This document shows, piece after piece, positions 24,767 through 37,176 of a DNA stretch of 64,000 bases (position 1 is the first letter of the stretch; each line of letters starts with the position of its first letter). Location of the stretch: contig JACPVG010000004.1 in NCBI GenBank assembly GCA_016191875.1, positions 1,832 through 65,831 on the forward strand. Direction: 5' to 3'. Source of the stretch: Chloroflexota bacterium (GTDB lineage Bacteria > Chloroflexota > Anaerolineae > Anaerolineales > UBA11579). The notes below the pieces were generated by a model. That model did no database searches and was not told where the DNA came from. It saw only the letters and a list, made by a program, of their open reading frames with translations. The position numbers were made by a program, and so were the translations under genes.

Positions 24767-25033
24767 ACGCGCATTATACGCCGCCGTTGGTGAAAACCCT
24801 GACCAGTGGTAAGCATAGGTGAACCGGGGTTTTGTCTTACTCAGACTACTGCAGGCCCCCGATCCATTCATCAGCCGCGGCTGTGTCTCCGGACCGGTTC
24901 ATCTGCCATCTGTGCGCATCCGTGTCCATCTGTGGTTTGCTTTTGGCTTTCTCCATGCCTCCGTGTGGAATTCGCTTTCCTCATAGATTCTATGATTGCC
25001 CCTTACTGGCTCCGCCGGTACAGTTAATGGCTG

Positions 25034-27841
<2,808 letters not shown>

Positions 27842-28210
27842 TACAATTCCTGCACTCTGTCGGTGCAATCCGGCAGCCCTGGAGCGCTCCGGCCCGTATT
27901 TGGGCGTGCCTGAGTAGCCCACCGAAAGTTTTTTTGCAGAGGCGTCCGACCTTCCAGCGCGAATCCCCTCGCAAGATGCCTTTGGGCTACTTCAATAGTT
28001 GGCCGCAAGAGTTTTGAACTCCGTCGGAGAGGAACAGCGGCCAACTGCCCAGCCCCGCACCCGGCCGCATAGCAGCCGCCGGAGTTCCGGTTTCCAACCA
28101 CATTTTCGTTCATCGCCATCCTGCGTGCACCGGCGCTAGGATAGTGCGGTGCATCCAGCAGAGAGCCAGAGGCGCCTGTGCACGGCCTGCCTGCGTGAAA
28201 AGGAGACAAC

Positions 28211-29557
28211 ATGCTGACAAAACCCAGACCCATCCAACGGCTGACGACTCCCTTTCAGGAATTCTTCCATGCCGAAACCTCCAGCGGCATCCTGCTCATC
28301 GCCGTCACTTTCCTGGCTCTCATTTGGGCAAATTCGGCCTGGGCCGATTCTTACACCGCCCTCTGGCAAACCCGACTCACCTTCGCCATCGGCGGGTTCG
28401 AGATATCCAAGGCCCTGCTGCTGTGGGTCAACGACGGCCTGATGGCGGTGTTCTTTTTCGTGGTCGGCCTCGAGATCAAGCGCGAGATCAAGGTCGGCGA
28501 GCTTTCCACGCCGCGCCAGGCCTTCCTGCCCATCGCCGCCGCCCTGGGCGGCATGCTGATGCCGGCATTGTTCTATACCCTGCTCAACGCCGGCGGCCCG
28601 GCGGCCGCCGGTTGGGGCGTACCGATGGCGACCGACATCGCCTTTGCCCTCGGCTTGCTCGCCCTGCTCGGCCGCCGCGCCCCACTTGGCCTCAAGGTGT
28701 TCCTCACCGCCGTTGCCATCGTGGACGACATCGGCGCGGTGCTGGTCATCGCCTTCTTCTACACCGAGCAGATCCTGTGGAACTGGCTGCTGCTGGGCGC
28801 GCTGGTGCTGGCGCTGCTCTTCGTGTTCAACCGCCTGGGCGTGCGCGGCCCGCTGCCGTACAGCCTGTTGGGCATTCTCCTGTGGGTGGCGTTCCTCAAA
28901 TCCGGCGTGCACGCCACCATCGCCGGGGTGCTGCTGGCGCTTACCATCCCGGCCCGCGTGCTCATCGATGCCGACGGCTTCGTCAGGCGCAACCGCGAAT
29001 TTCTGGAACGATTCGAGAAGGCTGCCCGGCCGGGCGGGGGGATCCTGCCCAACCGCGGCCAGCGCGGCGCCCTGCAGGCCCTGGAAAACGCCGTCCACGC
29101 CGCTCAGGCCCCCCTGCAGCGTCTGGAACACATGCTCCACCCCTGGGTGGCATTCTGCATCATGCCGATATTCGCTCTTGCCAACGCCGGGGTGCCCCTC
29201 ACCGTCGATCTCGGCAATCTCCTGACCCAGCCGCTGGCCCTTGGCATTTTGCTGGGGTTGGTGTTTGGCAAACAACTGGGTATCTTTGCCTTCGCCTGGC
29301 TGGCGACCAGGACCGGCCTGGCCGCCCTGCCGCGCGGCGTGTCCTGGGCGCACGTGTATGGCGCCGCCGCCCTGGGCGGCATCGGCTTCACCATGGCTCT
29401 GTTCATCGCCAACCTGGCCTTCCCTGCGCCGGAAATGCTGGAAACCGCCAAGATCGGCATCCTGGCCGCCTCTCTGGCCGCGGCGCTGTTCGGCTGGGCC
29501 ATTCTCAGCCTTGCCGGCCGTCGCACGCCCAGGCCGGCCCCCGGCTCTCAAGTGTAG
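28211..29557 (+). CDS. nhaA: Na+/H+ antiporter NhaA
   Basis: FFHAETSSGILL, NDGLMAVFFFVVGLEIKRE, PMATDIAFALG. AAGGAG RBS. Confidence 0.9.
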   Translation: MLTKPRPIQRLTTPFQEFFHAETSSGILLIAVTFLALIWANSAWADSYTALWQTRLTFAIGGFEISKALLLWVNDGLMAVFFFVVGLEIKREIKVGELSTPRQAFLPIAAALGGMLMPALFYTLLNAGGPAAAGWGVPMATDIAFALGLLALLGRRAPLGLKVFLTAVAIVDDIGAVLVIAFFYTEQILWNWLLLGALVLALLFVFNRLGVRGPLPYSLLGILLWVAFLKSGVHATIAGVLLALTIPARVLIDADGFVRRNREFLERFEKAARPGGGILPNRGQRGALQALENAVHAAQAPLQRLEHMLHPWVAFCIMPIFALANAGVPLTVDLGNLLTQPLALGILLGLVFGKQLGIFAFAWLATRTGLAALPRGVSWAHVYGAAALGGIGFTMALFIANLAFPAPEMLETAKIGILAASLAAALFGWAILSLAGRRTPRPAPGSQV

Positions 29558-29619
29558 TGGCCCGCCAGTCCTCGATCACCCACCTGCAACATGCCCCTTG
29601 CGGGCGTATCGGGCACAAC

Positions 29620-29650
29620 AAAAAACGGCCCGGCGACGAATGCCGGGCCG
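29620..29650 (-). terminator. Intrinsic terminator for the GAF gene
   Basis: 9-bp GC stem CGGCCCGGC/GCCGGGCCG with a 7-nt loop, followed on the minus strand by TTTTTT. Confidence 0.6.
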
Positions 29651-29675
29651 CAGAATGAAAGGGAATGAATAGGGC

Positions 29676-30284
29676 CTACTGGCCCTGCGCTCGTTCAGCC
29701 GCCACGATGGCCATCGAAGCCAGCTTGCCCACCAGCGTCATTAATTCCAGGTCGGCCTGGCCGAACGGCCGGCCGCTGCGGGTGTTCACCACTTCCAGCG
29801 TGCCCAGCGGGCGCTGGCCGTCCAGCAGCGGCACGCAGATCAGCGAGTTGGTTTGCAGGCCGGTCATCTTGTCCACCTGGGGGGAAAAAGCCTGTTCTTT
29901 GCGGCTGTCTTCCACCATGCGCGGCTTGCGGTTCACCACGCACCAGCCTGCCACGCCCTGGTTGGCGGGCATGCGGAAATTGAGCAGTTTGTCGCGTGCC
30001 GTGCCGATGACTTCCACGAACACCAGCTGCTTGCTCTCCTCGTCCAGCAGCGCCAGCGAACCGTCCTCCGATTCGACCGCCGCCAGCGCCGCTTTGAGGA
30101 TGGTTTGGATAAGTTCGAACACGTTGGTGTCCGAACGGATGATATCCAGCTGGTGCTGCAGGGCCGTCAGCGCCCGGATGGCGTTCTGCAGGCGCGCCAC
30201 ATAATCCTTCAACGAGTTGTTCTCGGCGCGCAGGCGGATGTTCTCTTGCTGCAAATGGCGGATGGTATTGGTATCTGCAGTCAT
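29676..30284 (-). CDS. GAF domain protein with an N-terminal coiled coil
   Basis: GAF-like core (GVAGWCVVNRKPRMVED ... LICVPLL). GGAGGAG RBS. Confidence 0.7.
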   Translation of the reverse strand: MTADTNTIRHLQQENIRLRAENNSLKDYVARLQNAIRALTALQHQLDIIRSDTNVFELIQTILKAALAAVESEDGSLALLDEESKQLVFVEVIGTARDKLLNFRMPANQGVAGWCVVNRKPRMVEDSRKEQAFSPQVDKMTGLQTNSLICVPLLDGQRPLGTLEVVNTRSGRPFGQADLELMTLVGKLASMAIVAAERAQGQ

Positions 30285-30424
30285 GCGGATTTACTCCTCC
30301 AACCAGACCTTGCAAAAACCTTGCAATGGACTAATTATACAGGTTTTTGGCGCACGGACGCGCTCTCAGACTATGAGGGGAGTATACCGGGGCCCTCCGC
30401 CGGGGCTGGTAAAATGGTGCGATT

Positions 30425-31774
30425 ATGCCTGAGACGAACCTGAAACCGGCTCGCGTGGCCGCCCTGGTGGCCGTCGCCGCGCTGCTGCTGGCCGCCTGCG
30501 GCCCCGCCCCGGCGCCCACCCCGCCGGCCCTCCCCACCCTCGCCGGCGAAGAGTCGCTCGGCCCGGGGCCGGCTTCATGCACCGCCGTCAGCCAGGCCGG
30601 CGAACGTCCGGCCAATCCGTTGATGGAGCCCCAACCCGGCGATTGGAGTCTGGGGCCGGAGGAGGCCGTCCTCACCATCATTGAATACGCCGACTTCCAG
30701 TGCCCCTATTGCGCCGCCCTGGCCCCCACCCTGGCGCAGATTCAGCAGGAACACCCCGAAGACATCCGCATCGTCTACCGCAACTTCCCGCTCATCGGCA
30801 CGCCGGATGAGCCGCTCTACGACAAGGCCGCCCTGGCGATGCAGGCCGCCGAGGCCGCCGGCCGGCAGGGCAGGTTCTGGGAAATGCACGACCTGCTCTA
30901 TGGCCGCTTCGCCGAATGGGCCCCGTCCTCCGCCGGGCTCAACCCGGAGACCTTCACTGCCTGGCTGGTGGAACGCGCCGCCGAGCTTGGCCTGGATGCC
31001 GCCCGCTTCCAGGCCGACCTGACCGACCCCGCCCTGGCCGCCCAGTCCCAGGCCGCCTGGGAAAACGGCGTGGCGCTTGGCCTGCCGAATACCCCCTTCG
31101 TCGTCCTCAACGGCCAGACCCTCAACCTCGGCGAGCAGATGGATATCCTCCTCGACCAATATTACGGCAACAACCAGGCCGGCTTCACCTCCGCCCAGGT
31201 GTCGGCCTTGTTCTACCTCATCCTTGATTACACCGTGCGCCTCGGCCTGCTGGAGCCGCGCCAGTTCCACGAATGCCCGACGATCACCGTGAATCCGGCC
31301 GCCACCTATCTGGCGACCATCCGCACCGAAAAGGGCGACGTCGTCCTGCGCCTGTTCCCCGACCTGGCGCCCCTGACTGTCAGCAGTTTCGTCTTCCTGG
31401 CCCGCAACGGCTGGTACGACGACATCACCTTCCACCGCGTGCTGCCCGGCTACATTGCCCAGGCCGGGGACCCGAGCGGCACCGGGGCGGGCCACCCCGG
31501 CTACTTCTTCAGCCTGGAGACCAGCCCGGGCGTGACCTTCGACCGGCCCGGCCTCCTGGCGATGGCCCATCAGCCCCACGACCCCAACACCAACGGCAGC
31601 CAGTTCTTCATCACTCTTGCGCCCGCCGAGAGCCTCAACGGCCAGTACACCATTTTTGGCGAAGTGCTCGAGGGTCTGGAGATTCTGATGGCGCTCACCC
31701 CGCGCGACCCGGCCGGCAACCCGGCCGCCCCGCCCGGCGACCGTATTCTGACCATCACGGTGACTGAAGAATGA
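30425..31774 (+). CDS. Lipoprotein fusing a DsbA-like thioredoxin domain to a cyclophilin-type peptidyl-prolyl isomerase
   Basis: Lipobox LLLAACG. The CPYC active site sits in a DsbA-like half. C-terminal FHRVLPGYIAQAGDP...TNGSQFFIT...GQYTIFGEV. Confidence 0.8.
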   Translation: MPETNLKPARVAALVAVAALLLAACGPAPAPTPPALPTLAGEESLGPGPASCTAVSQAGERPANPLMEPQPGDWSLGPEEAVLTIIEYADFQCPYCAALAPTLAQIQQEHPEDIRIVYRNFPLIGTPDEPLYDKAALAMQAAEAAGRQGRFWEMHDLLYGRFAEWAPSSAGLNPETFTAWLVERAAELGLDAARFQADLTDPALAAQSQAAWENGVALGLPNTPFVVLNGQTLNLGEQMDILLDQYYGNNQAGFTSAQVSALFYLILDYTVRLGLLEPRQFHECPTITVNPAATYLATIRTEKGDVVLRLFPDLAPLTVSSFVFLARNGWYDDITFHRVLPGYIAQAGDPSGTGAGHPGYFFSLETSPGVTFDRPGLLAMAHQPHDPNTNGSQFFITLAPAESLNGQYTIFGEVLEGLEILMALTPRDPAGNPAAPPGDRILTITVTEE

Positions 31775-33042
31775 CCGCGCCTGCCGCGGCTCAGCCACCC
31801 GGGGCGCACCTGCCCAGCGCGCTGCAATTGGCCCTCAGCGGGCTGGCCGTGGCGTCGCTGGCCGGCACATCCCTGGCCTTGCTGTTCCTCGCTATCGTGC
31901 AGGCCCTCGAGCCTTCCGCCGGACCGGAACTGGCCGTCTCGACCCTGTTGAACGCCGCCGGGCTGTTCCTGGCCGCCCTGTTGGTGGCCCCTTCCGCGGT
32001 CTTCGCCCTGCTGCGCCTGCTCGGCCGCCGCGTCGCGCCGCCCGCCGAAGGCTCGCTCTGGCATCGGCTCTACCGGCCCGGGTTGTGGCTGCTCCTGCTG
32101 CCGGTTGTGCTCGGGTTGGGCTACGCCGCCAGCCTGGTCCCGTGGGCCGCCTTGCTCGTGCTGCCGCCCCTGCACCTGCTGGGGATGAGCCTGCCGGTCT
32201 TCTGGCTGGCCTGGCTGGCGCGCCGCCGCCTGGTGAATGAAGCCCCCCAGCGCTTCTGGGGCGTGCTGGCCGCCAGCCTCACGCTCGGCCCGCTGCTCAT
32301 CCTCATTCTGGAGATCGCCGCGCTGGCAGCCCTGGTGGCCGCCGCCACTTTCTACGTGCTCAGCAACCCGGGCCTCATGAGGCATGTGCTGGCCCTCAGC
32401 CAGGCCGCCGAGCGCGGCAGGGTGCTCGACCCCCAACAGTCCCTGGACCTGCTGGCGCCCTTCTTCGCCGATGGCGGCCTGGTGTTCCTGCTCTTTCTTG
32501 CCCTCACAGTCGTCACCCCGCTCATCGAAGAGGCGCTCAAGCCCATCGGGGTGTGGCTGCTGGCTGGCCGCCGTCTGACCGGAGCCGAAGGCTTCGCCGC
32601 CGGCGCGCTCAGCGGAGCCGGTTTTGCCCTGTTTGAAAACGTGACCCGCGGCGTTCCGGCCGAAGGCTGGGCGTTCCTGGTCACCGCTCGCGCCGGCACG
32701 GCCCTGCTGCATGTGCTCACCAGCGGCCTGGTGGGCTACGCCCTGGCGCTGGCCTGGCGCGAAGGCCGCTGGCTGCGGCTGGCCGCCGCGTACCTGGCGG
32801 CTGTGGCCCTGCACGGCTTGTGGAATGGCGCCGTCATCGCTGTTTCCCTGGTCGCCCTTCAGGCAGAAACAGGCATCCAACTCCCCCTGCCCGCCTTCTG
32901 GCTGGTCATCGGCGCCGGCCTGGTGCTGATCCTCTCGATAGGCTTTCTCGCCATCCTGCTGGCCGGCAACCGCCGCCTGCAAGCCCTCCCTGGGCGCGGT
33001 CGCAGGGCCGCCCCAGGAGCCCCATCCCCTCAAGAGGAGTAA
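31771..33042 (+). CDS. PrsW-family intramembrane protease
   Basis: Polytopic, with IEEALKP and ALHGLWNG motifs. 4-nt overlap with the upstream gene. Confidence 0.7.
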   Translation: MTAPAAAQPPGAHLPSALQLALSGLAVASLAGTSLALLFLAIVQALEPSAGPELAVSTLLNAAGLFLAALLVAPSAVFALLRLLGRRVAPPAEGSLWHRLYRPGLWLLLLPVVLGLGYAASLVPWAALLVLPPLHLLGMSLPVFWLAWLARRRLVNEAPQRFWGVLAASLTLGPLLILILEIAALAALVAAATFYVLSNPGLMRHVLALSQAAERGRVLDPQQSLDLLAPFFADGGLVFLLFLALTVVTPLIEEALKPIGVWLLAGRRLTGAEGFAAGALSGAGFALFENVTRGVPAEGWAFLVTARAGTALLHVLTSGLVGYALALAWREGRWLRLAAAYLAAVALHGLWNGAVIAVSLVALQAETGIQLPLPAFWLVIGAGLVLILSIGFLAILLAGNRRLQALPGRGRRAAPGAPSPQEE

Positions 33043-33051
33043 CCCAAACTG

Positions 33052-33708
33052 ATGGAGTTCATCAAGTTCCTGATCGATTTCATTCTGAACATCGACGAGC
33101 ACCTGGCGGTGCTGATCGCCAGTTACGGCGTCTGGACCTACGGCATCCTGTTCCTGATCGTCTTTGCCGAGACCGGCCTGGTGGTGACCCCCTTCCTGCC
33201 CGGCGATTCGCTCATCTTCGCTGCCGCCACCTTCGCCGCCCGCGAGGTGCTTGACCCCTGGCTGCTGTTCGCGGTCATGGCGGCCGCCGGCATCATCGGC
33301 GACGGCGTGAACTACGCCGTGGGCCATTACATCGGCCCGCGCGTCTTCCGCGAGGGCGAGCAGATTCGCTTCCTCAAGCGCGAATACCTGGATAAGGCCC
33401 ATGCCTTCTTCGAGAAGCACGGCGGCAAGGCGGTCATCCTGGCGCGCTTCGTGCCCATCGTGCGCACCTTCATCCCCTTCGTCGCCGGGGCCGGGTCGAT
33501 GACCTACCCCAAGTTCGCCGTGTACAACGTGACCGGCGCGCTCTTGTGGGTGGGGCTGTTCACCTTCCTGGGCTACAACTTCGGCAACATCCCGGCTGTC
33601 GAGGAGAACTTCACCCTGGTGATTCTGGGCATCATCTTTCTCTCCATTCTGCCGCCCATCATCGAGTGGTGGCGCGAACGGCAGAAGATGAAACGCGAGG
33701 CAGCCTGA
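33052..33708 (+). CDS. DedA family membrane protein
   Basis: VTPFLPGDSLIF and KAVILARFVPIVRTF motifs. Confidence 0.85.
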   Translation: MEFIKFLIDFILNIDEHLAVLIASYGVWTYGILFLIVFAETGLVVTPFLPGDSLIFAAATFAAREVLDPWLLFAVMAAAGIIGDGVNYAVGHYIGPRVFREGEQIRFLKREYLDKAHAFFEKHGGKAVILARFVPIVRTFIPFVAGAGSMTYPKFAVYNVTGALLWVGLFTFLGYNFGNIPAVEENFTLVILGIIFLSILPPIIEWWRERQKMKREAA

Positions 33709-33728
33709 GAAACTGCATGCAACGTAAA

Positions 33729-33754
33729 AGCGAGGCTCATCGCCTCGCTTTTTG
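33729..33754 (+). terminator. Intrinsic terminator after the DedA gene
   Basis: AAGCGAGGC-TCATC-GCCTCGCTT followed by TTT. Confidence 0.65.
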
Positions 33755-33770
33755 ATTCGTCACGGCGCGC

Positions 33771-36296
33771 TCACGGCACCAGCTGCAAATGCCCTTCGCT
33801 CACGCCCTGGATGGTGCTCAGGTCCCATTGCAGCGGCAGATATTGCAGGCTGGCCCACAGCGGCGCCAGGTCGATGTAATGCGGGTGGCCGGGATGCCCC
33901 GACTGGCCGGTGGGGTGCGCGAACCACGAATTGGTCAGCTCGCTCAGGTCGTACACCGCCCGGAACGACGGCGACGAACCCGACACGCCGAAATGGTCGT
34001 TGCCGGTGTTCCAGTTCGTGGCGTTGACGAGGTCCGTCCCGCCCGAAACTGCGAACGGCCCGGCGTTGAACAGGCTGTTGATGAGCGGGAAACTGTCCAT
34101 CACCTGATGCTTGAACGCGATGGTGTGCAGGCTGCCCCATGCCCAGCGCGCCGGGTCCTTGCCCAGCCGGTCTTCCAGTTCGGCCACGGCCGCGGCAAAG
34201 GCTCGGTTGAAGATCTGGTCGCGGGTTTCGGCTTCCGGCGTGCCGCGGTCATCCCACCAGAAGTTGGTCTCGTCGGCCAGGATGTTGCCCACCACAGTGG
34301 ACCAGCGGTCGCCGCCGCCCGGGGCAAAACCTTCCGGCAGGTTGTCTATGAAGGTCTCAAGCAGCAGGTGTTTCCAGAACGCCGCGTACAACGCCGCGCC
34401 GGCGCTGTCCTGGTCAAAGCGGTAGTCCCAGTTCGCCAGCGCCTGGGCGCGCACCGATTCGAGGTGCTCGTTCTCCAGCGCCACACCCAGCAGGACCGGA
34501 GTGAACCGCTCGGCGTTCAGGCTGAACGTATCGCCCTGCATCTCCTGTAGGTAGACCACGTCGATCGGCCTGCCCGCGGTCAGGATGAGGTCTTCGATGC
34601 GTTGGGCGCGGCTGCCGTAGGCCCACGTATCGGCGATCGGGTAGCCGTAGGCCGCTTCGTCCACCACGGCGTTGTTGGCGGTCACGATGTAACCTTCCGG
34701 CGGGTTGTAGGCCCACGGCAGTTCCTCGAAGGGGATGAACCCCTCCCAGTCATATTCGCCCGTCCAGCCCGGCACGGGGTAGCGCCCGTCCGCCCCGCCG
34801 CCGCGCACCGGGATCAGCCCCGGCATCTGGTAACCGATGTTGCCCTCCACGTCGGCGTACAGCAGGTTCTGGGCCGGCACGGCGAACAAACGCGCCGCTT
34901 CCCGGAACTCCTCGAAGTTCTGGGCGCGCGTGAACGCGAACACCGCCCGCCAGGTCTCGGTGGGTTGTAGCGCCGTCCAGGCCAGGGCCAGGCCATAGTT
35001 CTCCGGCAGGTCCAGCGGCGTATCCTCGTGGAAGGTGTCCAGGCCGTACAGGTCGTTGATCAGCACGCCGTGATGGGTCTCGCGCACTTCCACTTCCACC
35101 GGTTCGCCGCCCGCCACCAGGATGGTCTCGGTGACCACATTCATATCGACCCACTCGCCCTGGAACTCATATTGATACGGGTTGTCCGGGTTGATCTTTT
35201 CGATGAACAGGTCCATCACATCCGGTCCGACGTTGGTAAAACCCCAGGCGATGCGGTCGTTGTGGCCCAGGATGATTGCCGGTACGCCGGGGAAGGAAAA
35301 GCCAACCATATCCACGGCGCAGTCCGGCCCTTTGGGGCGGCAGTGCAGGCCCACCTGGTACCAGATGTGCGGGATGTTGGCATCCAGGTGCGGGTCGTTG
35401 GCCAGCAGCGGCAGGCCGCTGGCGGTGCGCGACCCCGCCACCGCCCACGAGTTGGAACCCACGCTCTCATCCGGCAGCCCGCCCAGCAGGCCATCCAGCG
35501 CGCCGGACTGCGCCCGCGCCGCCCGCAAAGCCGGGGCCAGCGCGGTTTGCAGCGCCGGGTTCAATTCGGCAGCCAGCAGCCCGCCCGACGTGTTGAAGGG
35601 CGTCAGGTCGTTGACGATGAAAGGCCGGTCGGCCGGGTAGGGCGGGTACAGTTCGGCGATTCGTTCCGGCGTGAGCATCGCCAGCAGCAGCGCCCGGTCG
35701 ATCTCGGTATCCATGTTGTCGCGCAGGTCCCAGGCCATCGCCTTGGCCCAGGTGAGCGTGTTGAGCGGCTCCCACGGCGGGGGTACATAACCGGCGTTCA
35801 GCAGGTTGAGGAACAGGTATTCCAGCCCCAATTGCGCCCCCCTGCGGCCGCTCATGTAGGCGTTCACACCTTCGGAATAGGCATCCAGCACGGCCCGCGT
35901 CTGCGGGTCGAGCAGCGCCAGCTCCTGGCGCGAGACGCGTTCCCAGCCCAGTGTGCGCAGGAAGATGTCGGTATCGACCGTATTGCCGCCCAGCAGTTCG
36001 GAGAGACGCCCGGCGCTGGTGTGGCGCTGGAAGTCCATCTGCCAGAAGCGGTCCTGGGCATGCACGAAACCCTGCGCCATGAACAGGTCATGCTCGGTGC
36101 TGGCGTAGATGTGCGGCACGCCGTTGGCGTCCCGGTACACATCCACGGGCCCGTCCAGCCCCGGCAGGCTGATGCTGCCTTCGATCTGCGGGAAGGATGC
36201 CTTGCGCATCTGTCCCAGCCAGTACGCGCCGACCAGAGCCAGCGCGAGGATAACCCCCACGGTTCCAATGAGTATGCGACGAAGTCTAGGGGACAT
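33771..36296 (-). CDS. Penicillin/acyl-homoserine-lactone acylase family (Ntn hydrolase)
   Basis: The GSNSWAV nucleophile site, N-terminal TM/signal and overall family similarity. AGGAGAAAGG RBS before the ATG at 36296. Confidence 0.85.
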   Translation of the reverse strand: MSPRLRRILIGTVGVILALALVGAYWLGQMRKASFPQIEGSISLPGLDGPVDVYRDANGVPHIYASTEHDLFMAQGFVHAQDRFWQMDFQRHTSAGRLSELLGGNTVDTDIFLRTLGWERVSRQELALLDPQTRAVLDAYSEGVNAYMSGRRGAQLGLEYLFLNLLNAGYVPPPWEPLNTLTWAKAMAWDLRDNMDTEIDRALLLAMLTPERIAELYPPYPADRPFIVNDLTPFNTSGGLLAAELNPALQTALAPALRAARAQSGALDGLLGGLPDESVGSNSWAVAGSRTASGLPLLANDPHLDANIPHIWYQVGLHCRPKGPDCAVDMVGFSFPGVPAIILGHNDRIAWGFTNVGPDVMDLFIEKINPDNPYQYEFQGEWVDMNVVTETILVAGGEPVEVEVRETHHGVLINDLYGLDTFHEDTPLDLPENYGLALAWTALQPTETWRAVFAFTRAQNFEEFREAARLFAVPAQNLLYADVEGNIGYQMPGLIPVRGGGADGRYPVPGWTGEYDWEGFIPFEELPWAYNPPEGYIVTANNAVVDEAAYGYPIADTWAYGSRAQRIEDLILTAGRPIDVVYLQEMQGDTFSLNAERFTPVLLGVALENEHLESVRAQALANWDYRFDQDSAGAALYAAFWKHLLLETFIDNLPEGFAPGGGDRWSTVVGNILADETNFWWDDRGTPEAETRDQIFNRAFAAAVAELEDRLGKDPARWAWGSLHTIAFKHQVMDSFPLINSLFNAGPFAVSGGTDLVNATNWNTGNDHFGVSGSSPSFRAVYDLSELTNSWFAHPTGQSGHPGHPHYIDLAPLWASLQYLPLQWDLSTIQGVSEGHLQLVP

Positions 36297-36420
36297 AGGG
36301 TTGTACCTTTCTCCTATCCAATTGCGCAGGATTATACAACTCAACTTCCCACAGCCTCTTGAAATTCCTAGAACTCTATTTCGAACTTGTTCTGTTGCAA
36401 GGGCGCACAAGGGCAGGAGT

Positions 36421-36747
36421 TGTCATTCCGAGGAAGCGGTCAGCCCGGCTTTGAACCTGCGCTCAACCCACCCCGCGACCGAGGAATCTCGCGAACGACT
36501 CCACGGTGGCGGCAATGAATCAGCGGAAAAGAGACATGGCGGTCAAGATTCTCTTCAGCTTCGCTCAAGACAAGCTCTCAGTCGGGTTGGAAGAAGAGTA
36601 TGAAGTAGAGTGAGATTGACCCTCCTTCTTGCTCAATCAACGCCGCACCCGATTGAAGAATCTCGCATAGGTGGCACTGCACCGGCGAGATTGATGCCGC
36701 AGCGCCGATCGCCTTTCGCGAGATTTCTGGCTGCGCTCGGAATGACA
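36421..36747. mobile_element. ORF-less 327-bp element bounded by the same inverted hairpin repeats as the GIY-YIG cassette (MITE-like derivative)
   Basis: Left end is TGTCATTCCGAG[49-nt insert]CGAGGAATCTCGCGAA (36421-36495). Right end is TTTCGCGAGATTTCTGGCTGCGCTCGGAATGACA (36714-36747). Confidence 0.5.
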
Positions 36748-36788
36748 ATTCGTGATCAACTTTCGCTGAAACCCATGCGTGGCGCGGC

Positions 36789-37154
36789 TCAACCCTTCTG
36801 CGCCACCACAAAGGCGATAGCGTGGGCATGGGTGTGGCTGATACTCAGCGACCAGGCCGTCAGCCCCTTCTGCTCGGCCAGCGCCTTCGCCTTGCCGTGC
36901 AGCGTGAGCAGCGGCTCCTTGCTCGGCCCGCGCAGGATCTCGATCTCCAGCCATTCCACCTCGCCGATGCCTGTCCCCAATGCCTTGGCGACCGCCTCTT
37001 TGGCCGCCCAGCGCGCCGCCAGCGAGCCAACGTTCTCGCCGAACAATTCGATTTCGCGCGGCGTGAAGATGCGGCGGGTGAAATGCTCGCCGTGCCGGTC
37101 AATGGCTTCGGCGATGCGCACGACTTCGATGAGGTCTACACCGGTGCACAGCAT
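36789..37154 (-). CDS. acpS: Holo-[acyl-carrier-protein] synthase
   Basis: GVDLIEVVRI, FTPREIE and AAKEAVAKALGTG motifs. 121 aa. Confidence 0.85.
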   Translation of the reverse strand: MLCTGVDLIEVVRIAEAIDRHGEHFTRRIFTPREIELFGENVGSLAARWAAKEAVAKALGTGIGEVEWLEIEILRGPSKEPLLTLHGKAKALAEQKGLTAWSLSISHTHAHAIAFVVAQKG

Positions 37155-37176
37155 GGAGCTATTATGCCACGAAGCC

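Noticed and set aside
28136-29551. A 471-aa minus-strand ORF antisense to nhaA. Similar very long antisense or alternate-frame ORFs include 204..923, 1548..2498, 10051..11517, 24899..26440, 26495..27922, 31570..33420, 35028..36362, 37312..38580, 56593..57873 and 60625..62313.
   Set aside because: - They completely overlap genes with strong family motifs on the other strand or frame.
- Their translations are Arg/Gly/Ala/Pro/His-rich low-complexity strings.
- Long open shadow frames are expected in GC-rich DNA.
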